Positions 34,270 through 44,064 of a stretch of DNA of 64,000 bases are shown in pieces. This DNA comes from a phage. The notes under the pieces are model-generated. The model saw only the letters and a program-made list of their open reading frames with translations. It was not told the DNA's origin and ran no database searches. Within the stretch, counting starts at the first letter, position 1; each line of letters opens with the position of its first letter. The stretch lies in the sequence record PX104378.1, one strand, 5' to 3'. The translations under genes were made by a program, and so were the position numbers.

Positions 34270-35409
34270 ATGACACAAGAGATAGAATTACGCAATACTG
34301 GAATTAAGTTTGCGCATTTCGACGAAGACTCTGCGACATTTACCAGCATTTCAGAAAATAACTCTGTAATGTATAAACTTGAGGTTAGAGGATCTAATGC
34401 GGATTCTACCAAACCAGCAAGGATTAGATTTAATGGAGTGGAGATCGTTGGCACTGGCTATGAAAATGGCCTAAATTTTAAAGTTCTTACTCCAACTGGA
34501 CAATTACACGAAGAAAAGGTATTCTATGGTCGCGGTGCTGTTTTGGCAATGCGTGATTATCTTTCTTTGCTGAAAGGTGATTATATCATTGCGATGGCAA
34601 CGCATGGAGAATTGTTTGCAGATCCGGTAAGTGATGATGTATTCTCTAAGCTGGGATCTGTATCATTCCCGAATCACATTTTGTTACAGCAAATGCCTCG
34701 TGTATCATATGCAGCAATTTATTCTACGAAAATGGGTAAAATTGTTTGTGAGGGTATGCAAGCGACCCACGGGGAAGGGCAAGATTCATCTATACAAATT
34801 GAGAAAGTCTATGATACTATAGATGATCTTGCTATAACAGGAACACCACAACGATTTTTAGATTATCCGGTTGAGTATGTTAGCGAAGATGCCGAACATT
34901 TCGAGCTAATACAATGGCCTCATGATGAGATCAGCGCACCACTTGAAGATTTTAACATAAAGACAGGTGACAAACTATCAATATCTTTTGAATTGTTCCG
35001 TGATAGTGCCGCAGCCGCAGCCAACGTAACAGCGCGTTTCTATCACAACTACTTCACCGATGGACAATATAAAACTGGTGTTCGATACAATGCCAGCAAA
35101 AAAGATCAATGGGAAAAGTTTGAAGCCGTCTATACCGTACCGGAAGGAGTTGATAGTGTTACCACTGGTTGCGTTAGATATCCAACCAACTCAAATGAAG
35201 GTATTGTTAAAGTTAGAAACATACTAATAACGCCGATCAGTGGAGTTGTCAAAACGACTGGTCCTACTTCCTTTGGTGTTAACGGTGTTAGAACAACTCA
35301 CATTCAGGATAACGGTGATTTTACTAACCCTGTAATGAGTCTTCTTAAACTACCCAGAGACAATAAACATATCACATCCAACAACTTTAAAGAGTTCGAT
35401 GTTGATTAA
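34270..35409 (+). CDS. 35: long tail fibre hinge protein gp35
   Basis: 379 aa (T4 gp35 372 aa); position between 34 and 36. Confidence 0.6.
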   Translation: MTQEIELRNTGIKFAHFDEDSATFTSISENNSVMYKLEVRGSNADSTKPARIRFNGVEIVGTGYENGLNFKVLTPTGQLHEEKVFYGRGAVLAMRDYLSLLKGDYIIAMATHGELFADPVSDDVFSKLGSVSFPNHILLQQMPRVSYAAIYSTKMGKIVCEGMQATHGEGQDSSIQIEKVYDTIDDLAITGTPQRFLDYPVEYVSEDAEHFELIQWPHDEISAPLEDFNIKTGDKLSISFELFRDSAAAAANVTARFYHNYFTDGQYKTGVRYNASKKDQWEKFEAVYTVPEGVDSVTTGCVRYPTNSNEGIVKVRNILITPISGVVKTTGPTSFGVNGVRTTHIQDNGDFTNPVMSLLKLPRDNKHITSNNFKEFDVD

Positions 35410-35420
35410 CATTTTTAACA

Positions 35421-35450
35421 AGCCGATCCATGTGGTCGGCTTTATTTTTA
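35421..35450 (+). terminator. rho-independent terminator after gp35
   Basis: AGCCGA...TCGGCT hairpin followed by TTTATTTTTA. Confidence 0.5.
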
Positions 35451-35569
35451 TACAGTTGGTTAAAATGTAACCAAAACGAAGAAAGATCTTTAGAATATAG
35501 AAAATTTGTTTCGGTTAAAAATTAGTCAGTGCCTCCGGCACGTCGCGAAGCGATATTTTGTTAACATTC

Positions 35570-35577
35570 TATAAATA
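35570..35577 (+). promoter_or_regulatory. T4-type late promoter
   Basis: exact TATAAATA 34 nt upstream of gp36 ATG. Confidence 0.7.
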
Positions 35578-35610
35578 CTCGGAACTATAACTAATTTTTG
35601 AGGTTACTTT

Positions 35611-37101
35611 ATGGCAGATTTGAAACATGGATCTACTGTAGGTGGATCTCCCATTTGGACGCAAGGAAACTTGACGATCCAGCCAGCGGGGGACCAGCTT
35701 TTCTACAAAGGTCATAAAATCTATACCGCTTTTGATAGACCTTCGGCTACCGATTTTGATGCTGTTAGTGCATCCGAAGGTGGCACATTTCAAAAGCAAG
35801 TTCATTTCGAGGAAGGTTTAAGCGTAGGTAGCGCATCGGCTGGAGAAACCAAAAAGAACGGTATCTTTAAAGGCCAGAGCGATGCCGCTAATTTTGACGG
35901 CGTAAGCTGGGGTTTGCATTCATGGAAGTCAATCGGCTTTGTTAATGCCCGTGATGGCGTTATAATGGCGTATATTGACACCACAACGGGCGAATTTAAG
36001 TCTAAAGGGACTATCGAAGGGACAACCATTAAAGACACTGGTCAACGCGTCTATAGCCCTGTTAATAAACCAACGAATAATGATTTGGATTTAGTTTCCC
36101 GTCGCGGTGATACTCTCACAGGAACATATAATTTAAACACTGTCACTGTTAAACTATCGGTTGATTCGAAATTAATTGCAAGGGAACGTGATTTAATTAA
36201 TTTTGATGCGACTAAGATCTATTATGGTAACGTTCTTGACACGTTGGTCTTCCGAAGTAAAGATGAGCCTACCATTTTTGTTAATGGCAAAGAAGGTCGT
36301 TTTTATCACACCAACAATAAACCAACTAAAGCCGATGTTGGACTAGGCAATGTCACCAATGATGCACAGGTTAAACGTGCTGGTGATATTATGGAAGGTA
36401 ACTTGCAAGCGCCTAGAATGTTGGCGACAAACGATCCTGCTGGTCCTAATGAATTGGTTCGTTTGAGCTACTTTGAGAAAAAATCAATGGTAGCAAATCC
36501 AACAATCATTGGAAACGTTGATTGGAACACTCTTATTAATCGCGGTATCTATCGTGTGGAAAATGCTGGATCAGGTACTAATAAACCGTCTGATAGCTAT
36601 TATAACGGCGTTTTGATGGTATATCGCCCAGAAGATGCGGTCGGTACTCGTCGAATTGTTCAGGTTTATTATCCTGAATCTATTGACCATCCGATGTGCT
36701 GGCGTTCGTGTTCTAATGAATCATGGACTGCATGGAACTATGTAGATCACCGTAAATTAGCCGATATTCGCTATGTTAACGTAACTGGCGATACCATGAC
36801 AGGACCGTTAACTGTTCCTGCTGCAAATGGCGTTAGAACAGCTAAAACTAACTATAACGGGGATAACTGTTATGCGGCGTTAAGCGGTGCTGATGGCACT
36901 GCTATGATTCACCGCATTAGTGATATTAAAGGGACCGAAAAGCTGGGGATCACCCACGACTCAAAGGTCGTGTTTTTCCGTTCTAGAAACAATACTCAAA
37001 CCGTGGACCGCTATCAGCTTTATCATGAAGGCAATAAACCTACTCCGGCTGATGTTGGAGCAGTTCCACTTAATGCGGTGATTGATTTTGGTACTTTCTA
37101 A
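35611..37101 (+). CDS. 36: long tail fibre distal connector gp36 (enlarged)
   Basis: 496 aa; N-terminus MADLKHGSTVGGSPIWTQGN matches T4 gp36 MADLKVGSTTGGSVIWHQGN; more than twice T4 length. Confidence 0.75.
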   Translation: MADLKHGSTVGGSPIWTQGNLTIQPAGDQLFYKGHKIYTAFDRPSATDFDAVSASEGGTFQKQVHFEEGLSVGSASAGETKKNGIFKGQSDAANFDGVSWGLHSWKSIGFVNARDGVIMAYIDTTTGEFKSKGTIEGTTIKDTGQRVYSPVNKPTNNDLDLVSRRGDTLTGTYNLNTVTVKLSVDSKLIARERDLINFDATKIYYGNVLDTLVFRSKDEPTIFVNGKEGRFYHTNNKPTKADVGLGNVTNDAQVKRAGDIMEGNLQAPRMLATNDPAGPNELVRLSYFEKKSMVANPTIIGNVDWNTLINRGIYRVENAGSGTNKPSDSYYNGVLMVYRPEDAVGTRRIVQVYYPESIDHPMCWRSCSNESWTAWNYVDHRKLADIRYVNVTGDTMTGPLTVPAANGVRTAKTNYNGDNCYAALSGADGTAMIHRISDIKGTEKLGITHDSKVVFFRSRNNTQTVDRYQLYHEGNKPTPADVGAVPLNAVIDFGTF

Positions 37102-37105
37102 TTTT

Positions 37106-37129
37106 AGCGGGGATTATCTCCCCGCTTTT
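37106..37129 (+). terminator. hairpin after gp36 (attenuator or terminator)
   Basis: AGCGGGGA-TTATC-TCCCCGCT followed by TTTTC. Confidence 0.5.
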
Positions 37130-37171
37130 CTAAATAATATTATTCTAATAACCGTTTAAGGATTTTATAAA

Positions 37172-39940
37172 ATGGCAGATTTAAGCAGAATCCAATTTAA
37201 ACGCACTAGCACTAAAGGTCGTCGACCTGATGCTGGTACGATGAATCCGGGTGAGTTGGCGATCAACTTAGCCGACCAATATTTGCTTACTAAAAACGAC
37301 TCAGGTGCTATTATCAATTTAAGTTGTCCTCCGGTGTATGACCGCGATGTTACAATGGCTGGTAAAGTTAAAGGTAATAATTATATCTTAAGTAAAACCG
37401 CTAACTATCTGGAAGATCAGACAGCGCGAGATCTTAACTACTTTGGTGCTTTCCGTACCAATGGTCTTGATGGTTTTCTAGAACTAACGCTAAACGTTCC
37501 TCATTCTTCTGGTGTTCAGCATGGTCGAGGATTTACTTTCCAGTATGGTCACACTGGATCGCGAGTAGAAACCTATGGCTATAATAGAGAAGGTCAAAAA
37601 GCATTCAGCTATAAAATGTATCACGAAGGTGATAAACCAACTCCAGGAGAATTGAACGTTTATAGCAAACAAGAAGTAGATAGAATGTTTGTTAAGAACG
37701 TTAAACTTGCTACAGTTCCTGGTGATACAGTTGAAGGCTATTTTAAATTAGCAACTGCAATGATTCCACAAAATGGTCGTAGTGTATTTTTCCGTATTCA
37801 TGGTGGTAACGGATATAACGTTACTGCATACGATCAAGTTGATATTGTAGAAATTGTTATTCGCAGTGGAAATAATCGCCCTAAAGGTGTTAACGTTATT
37901 GCATATCGCCGAAATACAAACAAATCATTTGATGTTTTGGCTGTTAATACTTCTGGTGATAACTATGATATCTATGTGAAATATCAGCGTTACACTGATA
38001 ACGTTATTGTTGAATTTGGTAAAAGTGTTGATGTTAATCTGGTAGTTCATGACGTTCCAGATTTTGTTGCTGAACGTCCTGCTGGTGATAATGTTATTGG
38101 CGGTCGCGCGGTAACTCTTTTCAACACCGAAAATAAACGTGGTGTGTTGAGTTTTGACGATAACACACAAAATAGCTATGATATTGTTCACTTGAGTAAT
38201 GATAAAGGTACTGGACGAAAATATATTCGTAAATTCCGTAGCAACTATAATGAAATGATCTGGCATGAGACTGTTCAAGGTTCCAGTTATCGTCTGGCTA
38301 CTGGTAGCACTGATGCTCAGGAAATTATGACTATTGAATCTAGTAGCTCAATTGCTGGAACTCATAAAGGTAATATTATTTCTGGTCGTATGCTGTTAAA
38401 TGGCGGATCTAATGCCATTACACTACGCCGACCTGCTGGTCAATCTAATCATATTGCGTTTCAAGATAATCGTACTGGAGATATTACCCGTCAAGGATGG
38501 ATCGGTTATGCAAACGCCGATACTGACGTTTTTGAATGGTATAGTGATGTAGGTGGCAGTTCTATTCGTCAACATATCGACGGACAGATCGAATTTCAGA
38601 CAGGTAACATGAAGCGAGTTTATACCAACGGTCAATTCATTTCTTTATATGCTGATGGCTTCCGTACTGTATATGGTAACTATGGATCATGGTGGCGAAA
38701 TGACGGTAGTAACGTTTATCTGATGAGCACAAAATCAGGCGACGCTATGGGTCCGTGGAATACCTTTAGGCCGTTCATATACAGTCTCGCCAATGGAAAC
38801 GTTACTCTAGGTGGTAGCGATGCTGGCAATCATTTAATGCGTCTCAATAATGAAAATCGTCAAGTAGAAATAAATGCAACAACACATTTAGGGTCTCGAT
38901 TATATTGGGAACGTAGCGAAGGATCGGCATCTAGATTTTTTATTAAGAATTGGGGTAATGGAACTTCTCGCGCTCAAGTGTGGGAACTTGCTGACGAGAC
39001 AGGTTATCATGTATATTCTCAGCGAAACGACGCGGGTGTTCTTCAATTCCGTACTGCTGGTAATTTTGAGACTGGTGGTGATGCTCAAGTAAACGGGACT
39101 TTACGTGTCACCAATGTTCTTCGAACAGATAACCAAATTCAGATTTATCGCGATAACAACAAAGAACTCTGGTTTAAGGATGCTAATGGTACTAACCGTG
39201 GTGTTATCTGGGGTGATAGCACAGGTCAAATGCGCATTCGAAACTATAACAGCGGAGAATTTGACCATGTTTTCCAGACTGGTATGATTCGCTTAGAACG
39301 TGGGTATGCAAACGGTAGCGACCGTGGTTTGATTCGCGGAGAAGTACAAGGTGGTGCTTGGTCAGAATGGAAAACTCGCGCTGCTGGCTTATTGGTTGAC
39401 TGTCCAGCTGCTCAAACTTCCGCATATAACGTATGGAAAGCGACCAAATGGGGTTTAGACCACATCGCGGCAATGGGCGTTCATGTTCCTAGTGGTGTTA
39501 TTACTAATGCTATGGCACGTCTTCATATTCATACCACAAACTTTGACTTTAACGCATCTGGTGATTTCCAAGCTGGTCGCAATGGTAACTTTAACGATGT
39601 TTACATTCGCTCTGATGCTCGCCTGAAAATCAATAAGGAAGAGTATAAGGAGAATGCCACCGATAAAGTTAATCGCTTGACGGTATACACCTATGACAAG
39701 GTTAAATCTTTAACCGACCGTACTGTCATTGCTCATGAAGTCGGTATTATTGCTCAGGATCTTGAAAAAGAATTGCCGGAAGCAGTAACAACTTCTAAGG
39801 TCGGCGATCCTGATAAGCCAGAAGAGATCTTAACAATTTCTAACTCTGCTGTCAACGCTCTTTTAATTAAGGCGTTTCAGGAAATGAGCGAAGAATTGAA
39901 AGTCGTTAAAGCTGAACTAGCGGAACTTAAAAAGAATTAA
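37172..39940 (+). CDS. 37: long tail fibre distal subunit gp37 with C-terminal intramolecular chaperone domain
   Basis: 922 aa; N-terminus QFKRTS..GRRPDAG...GELAINL matches T4 gp37; C-terminal SDARLKINKEE...GIIAQDLEKELPEAV resembles peptidase S74 domain. Confidence 0.8.
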   Translation: MADLSRIQFKRTSTKGRRPDAGTMNPGELAINLADQYLLTKNDSGAIINLSCPPVYDRDVTMAGKVKGNNYILSKTANYLEDQTARDLNYFGAFRTNGLDGFLELTLNVPHSSGVQHGRGFTFQYGHTGSRVETYGYNREGQKAFSYKMYHEGDKPTPGELNVYSKQEVDRMFVKNVKLATVPGDTVEGYFKLATAMIPQNGRSVFFRIHGGNGYNVTAYDQVDIVEIVIRSGNNRPKGVNVIAYRRNTNKSFDVLAVNTSGDNYDIYVKYQRYTDNVIVEFGKSVDVNLVVHDVPDFVAERPAGDNVIGGRAVTLFNTENKRGVLSFDDNTQNSYDIVHLSNDKGTGRKYIRKFRSNYNEMIWHETVQGSSYRLATGSTDAQEIMTIESSSSIAGTHKGNIISGRMLLNGGSNAITLRRPAGQSNHIAFQDNRTGDITRQGWIGYANADTDVFEWYSDVGGSSIRQHIDGQIEFQTGNMKRVYTNGQFISLYADGFRTVYGNYGSWWRNDGSNVYLMSTKSGDAMGPWNTFRPFIYSLANGNVTLGGSDAGNHLMRLNNENRQVEINATTHLGSRLYWERSEGSASRFFIKNWGNGTSRAQVWELADETGYHVYSQRNDAGVLQFRTAGNFETGGDAQVNGTLRVTNVLRTDNQIQIYRDNNKELWFKDANGTNRGVIWGDSTGQMRIRNYNSGEFDHVFQTGMIRLERGYANGSDRGLIRGEVQGGAWSEWKTRAAGLLVDCPAAQTSAYNVWKATKWGLDHIAAMGVHVPSGVITNAMARLHIHTTNFDFNASGDFQAGRNGNFNDVYIRSDARLKINKEEYKENATDKVNRLTVYTYDKVKSLTDRTVIAHEVGIIAQDLEKELPEAVTTSKVGDPDKPEEILTISNSAVNALLIKAFQEMSEELKVVKAELAELKKN

Positions 39941-39982
39941 GGAAAACTCCCAGGGAAGGGAAACTACTAAGGAGAAACGGCT

Positions 39983-40222
39983 ATGGTCTATAATATCGTC
40001 ATTGGTGCTTTGTCTAATTTCGGAATGAAACTATTGTCAAAGTTAATTAGTGAAAAGATGCTCACTAAAATTTTCTTCTACTGCGCTCGTCGTCTTGCGG
40101 CTTATACCAATACGCCAATTGATGATCGTTTCGTGGAAGAACTTTATAAGGAGTTTAATAAAGATCAGTCAGAAGATAGTAACGAGCAAGATAAACCTAG
40201 TGATAGTCAAGTACCTAAATAA
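39983..40222 (+). CDS. hypothetical protein with hydrophobic N-terminus (79 aa)
   Basis: AAGGAG SD; sits where T4 has gene 38. Confidence 0.45.
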   Translation: MVYNIVIGALSNFGMKLLSKLISEKMLTKIFFYCARRLAAYTNTPIDDRFVEELYKEFNKDQSEDSNEQDKPSDSQVPK

Positions 40223-40255
40223 GAGTACACTGTCATAGTTATCTTAGGGCATTAT

Positions 40256-40912
40256 ATGCAAGTTTCTGAAAAAGAGAAAGACTTTGCTATCTCAAATGTC
40301 CTGCGCGCTATTTTCACAACTAAAAGCACGGAGTTGCTCGTACTTCGTGTTTTTGCTGCCGTCGTGTTGTCCATATTAGCATTTGTCGTTTATAGTAAAA
40401 ACGAGTTATTTGCGCTTTATAAAGAGACTCGTTATGAGACTTATGCTCACGTTCTCCAGGTAGAGAAAGACCGCAATTTTGATAATGCAGCACAGGAGCA
40501 GTTACAGATAGTTCATGTGTCGGCTGATGCCGATTTTTCTGCTGTTTTTAGTTTTCGTCCGAAAAACCTAAACTATTTTGTTGATTTGGTGGCATATGAA
40601 GGAAAGCTACCGCATACAATTGACGAAAAGAATTTAGGCGGATTCCCTATCAATAAAACGAGTGAAGAATATCGTAGGCATCTTTTAGGTAAATCCTATT
40701 TTACTGATAAAGATTTCCAGTATATTCCATCGAGGGAGAAAAAATTAGAGAATATCGATATAGGGTTTATGTATTCTTGTCCTATATTCAATCTCGATAA
40801 TGTCTATTCTGGTAGTATCGCCATTGCATGGAGGAATAAACCAGATATTGACATTGAGAATTTAGATACTCTTTGCAATCAATCTGCCAGAATCCTCGGA
40901 AGGATCAGATAA
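40256..40912 (+). CDS. t: holin
   Basis: 218 aa (same as T4 T); one TM segment; EQLQIVH.S..ADFSAV.SFRPKNLNYFVD..AYEGKLP and ARILGR match recalled T4 holin. Confidence 0.85.
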   Translation: MQVSEKEKDFAISNVLRAIFTTKSTELLVLRVFAAVVLSILAFVVYSKNELFALYKETRYETYAHVLQVEKDRNFDNAAQEQLQIVHVSADADFSAVFSFRPKNLNYFVDLVAYEGKLPHTIDEKNLGGFPINKTSEEYRRHLLGKSYFTDKDFQYIPSREKKLENIDIGFMYSCPIFNLDNVYSGSIAIAWRNKPDIDIENLDTLCNQSARILGRIR

Positions 40913-40916
40913 CTTA

Positions 40917-40950
40917 AAGGGGAAGCCTTTCGGCCTCCCCTTCTTTTTTA
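40917..40950 (+). terminator. bidirectional rho-independent terminator
   Basis: AAGGGGAAGCC-TTTC-GGCCTCCCCTT hairpin followed by TCTTTTTTATT, between convergent genes. Confidence 0.7.
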
Positions 40951-41196
40951 TTGGCGCATAGAAGCCCCTGAATCACATTTTGACGCTGTATGATGAAAAC
41001 ATGTAGCGTACCAGTCATCGGCTTGCTTGTCTTCGTCAGAGAACGCGTAATTTCGTTGTATACCGTTTTCTACTTTGACCAGTGCAATAGCTGTTTCTGG
41101 AAGATCAATCAATCGGACAAAATCACCATCTTCCCATTCTACACGAGCAATATCATAACCCATCTCAAAATAAACAATCGCTTGCTCTAATCTCAT
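40948..41196 (-). CDS. hypothetical protein (82 aa)
   Basis: ORF; last gene of minus-strand block converging on t. Confidence 0.45.
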   Translation of the reverse strand: MRLEQAIVYFEMGYDIARVEWEDGDFVRLIDLPETAIALVKVENGIQRNYAFSDEDKQADDWYATCFHHTASKCDSGASMRQ

Positions 41197-41525
41197 TCTG
41201 GAAACTTCCCGTAAATGTTCTCTGCCAACATACGCGCATCGCTAATGATATCTTTCATGCTATGACCGTAGTGTTCAGCCATTGAGTTGACACAATCAAC
41301 AAAGAAATTATAACGGCGACGGTTTAAGATTTCTTCTCTGCTATAGTTTTCATATTTGACGGTCGAGTGTGCTTTCTCGATTGCCTTTATCGCTATATTG
41401 ACTTCATTGATAATGGTTTTAGCATTGTATGCACCACGACGGATCAGGATATTTGTCAATTCTCTTGCAATATCTTGCAATTCTTCATATTCATGTTCAA
41501 ACATAATCAACCTCTCAAAATACAA
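41193..41525 (-). CDS. hypothetical protein (110 aa)
   Basis: ORF with 4-nt overlap to downstream gene. Confidence 0.5.
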   Translation of the reverse strand: MYFERLIMFEHEYEELQDIARELTNILIRRGAYNAKTIINEVNIAIKAIEKAHSTVKYENYSREEILNRRRYNFFVDCVNSMAEHYGHSMKDIISDARMLAENIYGKFPE

Positions 41526-41529
41526 TCCC

Positions 41530-41862
41530 TTACAGATGAAAACCTGTTACGATCACCGCATCGATCGTACCGCTAGGAATAAACGGTTCGCCCTCTTTTA
41601 TTTCAACTTTGAATTGATGCCATTTCGCTAATACTTCTTCCGGTACACCCAGCGATTCGGCGTCTGCTTTAGTTTCATCCATAATCCAACTAGGCTGCAT
41701 GAGAGCATAGTTTACATAGTCCATTTCTGGTGTCATGTCATCAATGTTAATATATTTGCAGTTGACGCGTTTCAGAATTTCAAATTCTTTATTGTCAACC
41801 TGTACCATGTATAATTCAGTAGTTTCTGGAATCAGTTCCCACACAATCAGTACATTTTTCAT
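41530..41862 (-). CDS. hypothetical protein (110 aa)
   Basis: ORF. Confidence 0.5.
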   Translation of the reverse strand: MKNVLIVWELIPETTELYMVQVDNKEFEILKRVNCKYINIDDMTPEMDYVNYALMQPSWIMDETKADAESLGVPEEVLAKWHQFKVEIKEGEPFIPSGTIDAVIVTGFHL

Positions 41863-41870
41863 AGTTCACC

Positions 41871-42239
41871 TCACTTAACAAAGATTTTCTTTAATGCTTT
41901 CAGGATCGTTGCTTCCGGCGCTTCTTCCGGTGGAGGAAGCAATTCTACCACTTCCTCTTCCAACTCGATATAGTCTACCAGATATTCTACATAGAATGCA
42001 AGTGCTTCCATGAAATTAGATGCTACATCCGATTCACCACAAGCTCCTACATGCATTGTATAAACATCACTGCGATCAAGTTTGTGGATGCTTCCCAGAT
42101 AGTTTCGGTTATACCAGACTTCCCACACTTTCAGCTTTCCGGTTTTGGTTGCTGTTTTATAATCGGTTTCGTAATGATGCAATTGACGTTGCAAATCATT
42201 GATAATAACACATTTTTCGTAATTGCTTTGAATTTCCAT
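41871..42239 (-). CDS. hypothetical protein (122 aa)
   Basis: ORF. Confidence 0.5.
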   Translation of the reverse strand: MEIQSNYEKCVIINDLQRQLHHYETDYKTATKTGKLKVWEVWYNRNYLGSIHKLDRSDVYTMHVGACGESDVASNFMEALAFYVEYLVDYIELEEEVVELLPPPEEAPEATILKALKKIFVK

Positions 42240-42249
42240 GATGTAATCC

Positions 42250-42441
42250 TCACTTATCGTTAAGAAGTTCTAAAACTTTCTGTCGTACTTTGTCAATATT
42301 AGTTGATTCAAAAACTGTACGGTATCCCCAGCGTTGACCGTATGAGCGCGAGCAATCCCCATATCCCCATTGTTCAACCTGATAGTATTCAAGGAATGGG
42401 TGTTGCCGAACTATGATACCATCACGGTTAAAAATTACCAT
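42250..42441 (-). CDS. hypothetical protein (63 aa)
   Basis: ORF. Confidence 0.4.
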   Translation of the reverse strand: MVIFNRDGIIVRQHPFLEYYQVEQWGYGDCSRSYGQRWGYRTVFESTNIDKVRQKVLELLNDK

Positions 42442-42464
42442 AATATAATCCTCATGTCAACAAC

Positions 42465-42764
42465 TTATTTTCGGTTGTGGTCACGATATGTTTTAAAATA
42501 TCCCTCGTACCACGGTAAAACATCTGGATTTTTACCACTATACAGACCTTTAACCATCATGTCAATAAGACCGTCCGGTGTTTGATAATTACCAGCTTTT
42601 ATAAGCTCTCTGATTAAAATTTCCTTGTATATGTCTTTCGGATCTTCGTAATCAACTTGTATTGTGGTTGTTGTCCCGCTTAATTTGGTTTCTGGAGTAT
42701 CTTGCATCGCCTTCCACCAATCTTTTGTAATCTTCATGCTGTTGAATTTCATAATTATCTGCAC
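42465..42764 (-). CDS. hypothetical protein (99 aa)
   Basis: ORF overlapping the 3' end of 42755..43522. Confidence 0.45.
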   Translation of the reverse strand: MQIIMKFNSMKITKDWWKAMQDTPETKLSGTTTTIQVDYEDPKDIYKEILIRELIKAGNYQTPDGLIDMMVKGLYSGKNPDVLPWYEGYFKTYRDHNRK

Positions 42765-43522
42765 CCGTACTGGTCAACATAGGTTTTAGAGTGTCCTTGT
42801 TCGCGGACTTCTAAGCGAATGATATCGCTATCCTGTTCACGCCACACATAATACTTTTTATTTTCTTTCCAGCCGCTAAAAACGATCATTCCGTTGTCAT
42901 CAACTACTCGTTTTGTGTTTGCCTTATGAACATCATTATTGTCGATGTATGTAAAATGGATAATCTGACCATCTTTTACTTTCAGAGTCAATTCACCTGG
43001 ATTGTATTCTTTATAAAAAGGCTGTTCTTTCGGCTTAGTGTTTGCTCCGTCGATATTTTTCCATTTAAAGTGAGATTCACATTGCAAGGTAAACTCGCTG
43101 GTTTGTGGTTTCTTTTCTTTCTTCGGTTGCTCTACCACTTTTTCTTCCTGTTTCGGTTGTTCTTCTTCAACCTTCGCAGAAGTCTCTGAATCGCTTTCTG
43201 ACGCTGTTTCTTCTTTAGGTAATACATTCATCAAGTTTTGGATTTGAGCGTTATATACAGCCTCCAGTGGCTGAATCTGCCCGATATTGATCATTGTATC
43301 ACGAACGGTTTTATTCCAGTTGCGTTGCTCTTGTTTCAGAGACGGATCAATCTTAACAGCCTTAACATATACTTCATGGAGTTTAGAATCCAGTGCGGAG
43401 ATTGACTCATTAGCACAAATAAACTTCTCTGATTTGGTAGTGGCTTTAGCGCAATCGAAGGACGCAGCATTAGCACCGAATGCAGTAGCAGAAAGAACGA
43501 TAGCAGCGATAATGTTTTTCAT
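42755..43522 (-). CDS. secreted protein with DUF1311 (LprI-like) N-terminal domain
   Basis: signal peptide MKNIIAAIVLSATAFGANA; then FDCAKATT.SEKFICANESISALDSKLHEVY ... EQRNW typical of DUF1311. Confidence 0.55.
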   Translation of the reverse strand: MKNIIAAIVLSATAFGANAASFDCAKATTKSEKFICANESISALDSKLHEVYVKAVKIDPSLKQEQRNWNKTVRDTMINIGQIQPLEAVYNAQIQNLMNVLPKEETASESDSETSAKVEEEQPKQEEKVVEQPKKEKKPQTSEFTLQCESHFKWKNIDGANTKPKEQPFYKEYNPGELTLKVKDGQIIHFTYIDNNDVHKANTKRVVDDNGMIVFSGWKENKKYYVWREQDSDIIRLEVREQGHSKTYVDQYGCR

Positions 43523-43556
43523 AATATATTCCTCAGTGTTTTGTCTTGATGTGAGT

Positions 43557-43585
43557 ATCTTACTACTCCCTTAATCCGGTGTCAA
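43557..43585 (-). promoter_or_regulatory. sigma70-type early promoter cassette
   Basis: TTGACA-N17-TAAGAT on minus strand. Confidence 0.5.
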
Positions 43586-43592
43586 CTACTTT

Positions 43593-43748
43593 TTAAATTT
43601 CTTCTACAGTAAAGTCTTCAATGTTGTTGTGCTCGGCGAACGTTGCCAGACCAGCATTCCATGCATCATCCTCAGAGAAGAATACACCGTAACGTTCATA
43701 TCCCTTAGCGCCTTCAAATTTAACCAGTAATTTGTGAGTATGTTTCAT
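43593..43748 (-). CDS. small hypothetical protein (51 aa)
   Basis: start at MKHTHKL behind cassette leader GAAGGAGAATCAAAATG. Confidence 0.4.
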   Translation of the reverse strand: MKHTHKLLVKFEGAKGYERYGVFFSEDDAWNAGLATFAEHNNIEDFTVEEI

Positions 43749-43779
43749 TTTGATTCTCCTTCGTTGTCTTGATGAGTTC

Positions 43780-43808
43780 ATTGTAGGGGATCGCCGATCC
43801 CCTGTCAA
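43780..43808 (-). promoter_or_regulatory. sigma70-type early promoter cassette
   Basis: TTGACA-GGGGATCGGCGATCCCC(17)-TACAAT on minus strand. Confidence 0.55.
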
Positions 43809-43818
43809 CAACTATTTT

Positions 43819-44031
43819 TTAATTTTTACCCGCTCGTGCATTAATACGCATTTTCTGAATAGCCATGATCTGGCTTACTGCTTCTTCTTTACGTTCTTGC
43901 GTGATAACGTGACCAGATTCCGCAAACTCTCCCGCAACTTCTTCTACGATCTCGCGAACTTGAGAACATCCAAAGATGCGGTTTCCTTCGTAGCTCATAA
44001 ATTCAGTCACTACTTGCTCAATAGATTTCAT
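43819..44031 (-). CDS. hypothetical protein (70 aa)
   Basis: ORF behind cassette leader GAAGGAGAATCACATG. Confidence 0.5.
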   Translation of the reverse strand: MKSIEQVVTEFMSYEGNRIFGCSQVREIVEEVAGEFAESGHVITQERKEEAVSQIMAIQKMRINARAGKN

Positions 44032-44064
44032 GTGATTCTCCTTCTTTCGTTTCGGTATGGGAGT

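Noticed and set aside
35451-35560. tRNA or small RNA in the gp35-gp36 intergenic gap, and in other gaps over 100 bp
   Set aside because: No cloverleaf-compatible stems or conserved T-loop (GTTCGAATC-like) and D-loop elements visible; gaps are explained by terminators, promoters and sub-60-aa ORFs.
37150-37171. TATAAAAT immediately upstream of gp37 as a late promoter
   Set aside because: The motif overlaps the start codon, too close to serve as a -10 element; gp37 is more likely co-transcribed from the gp36 late promoter through the hairpin at 37106..37129.
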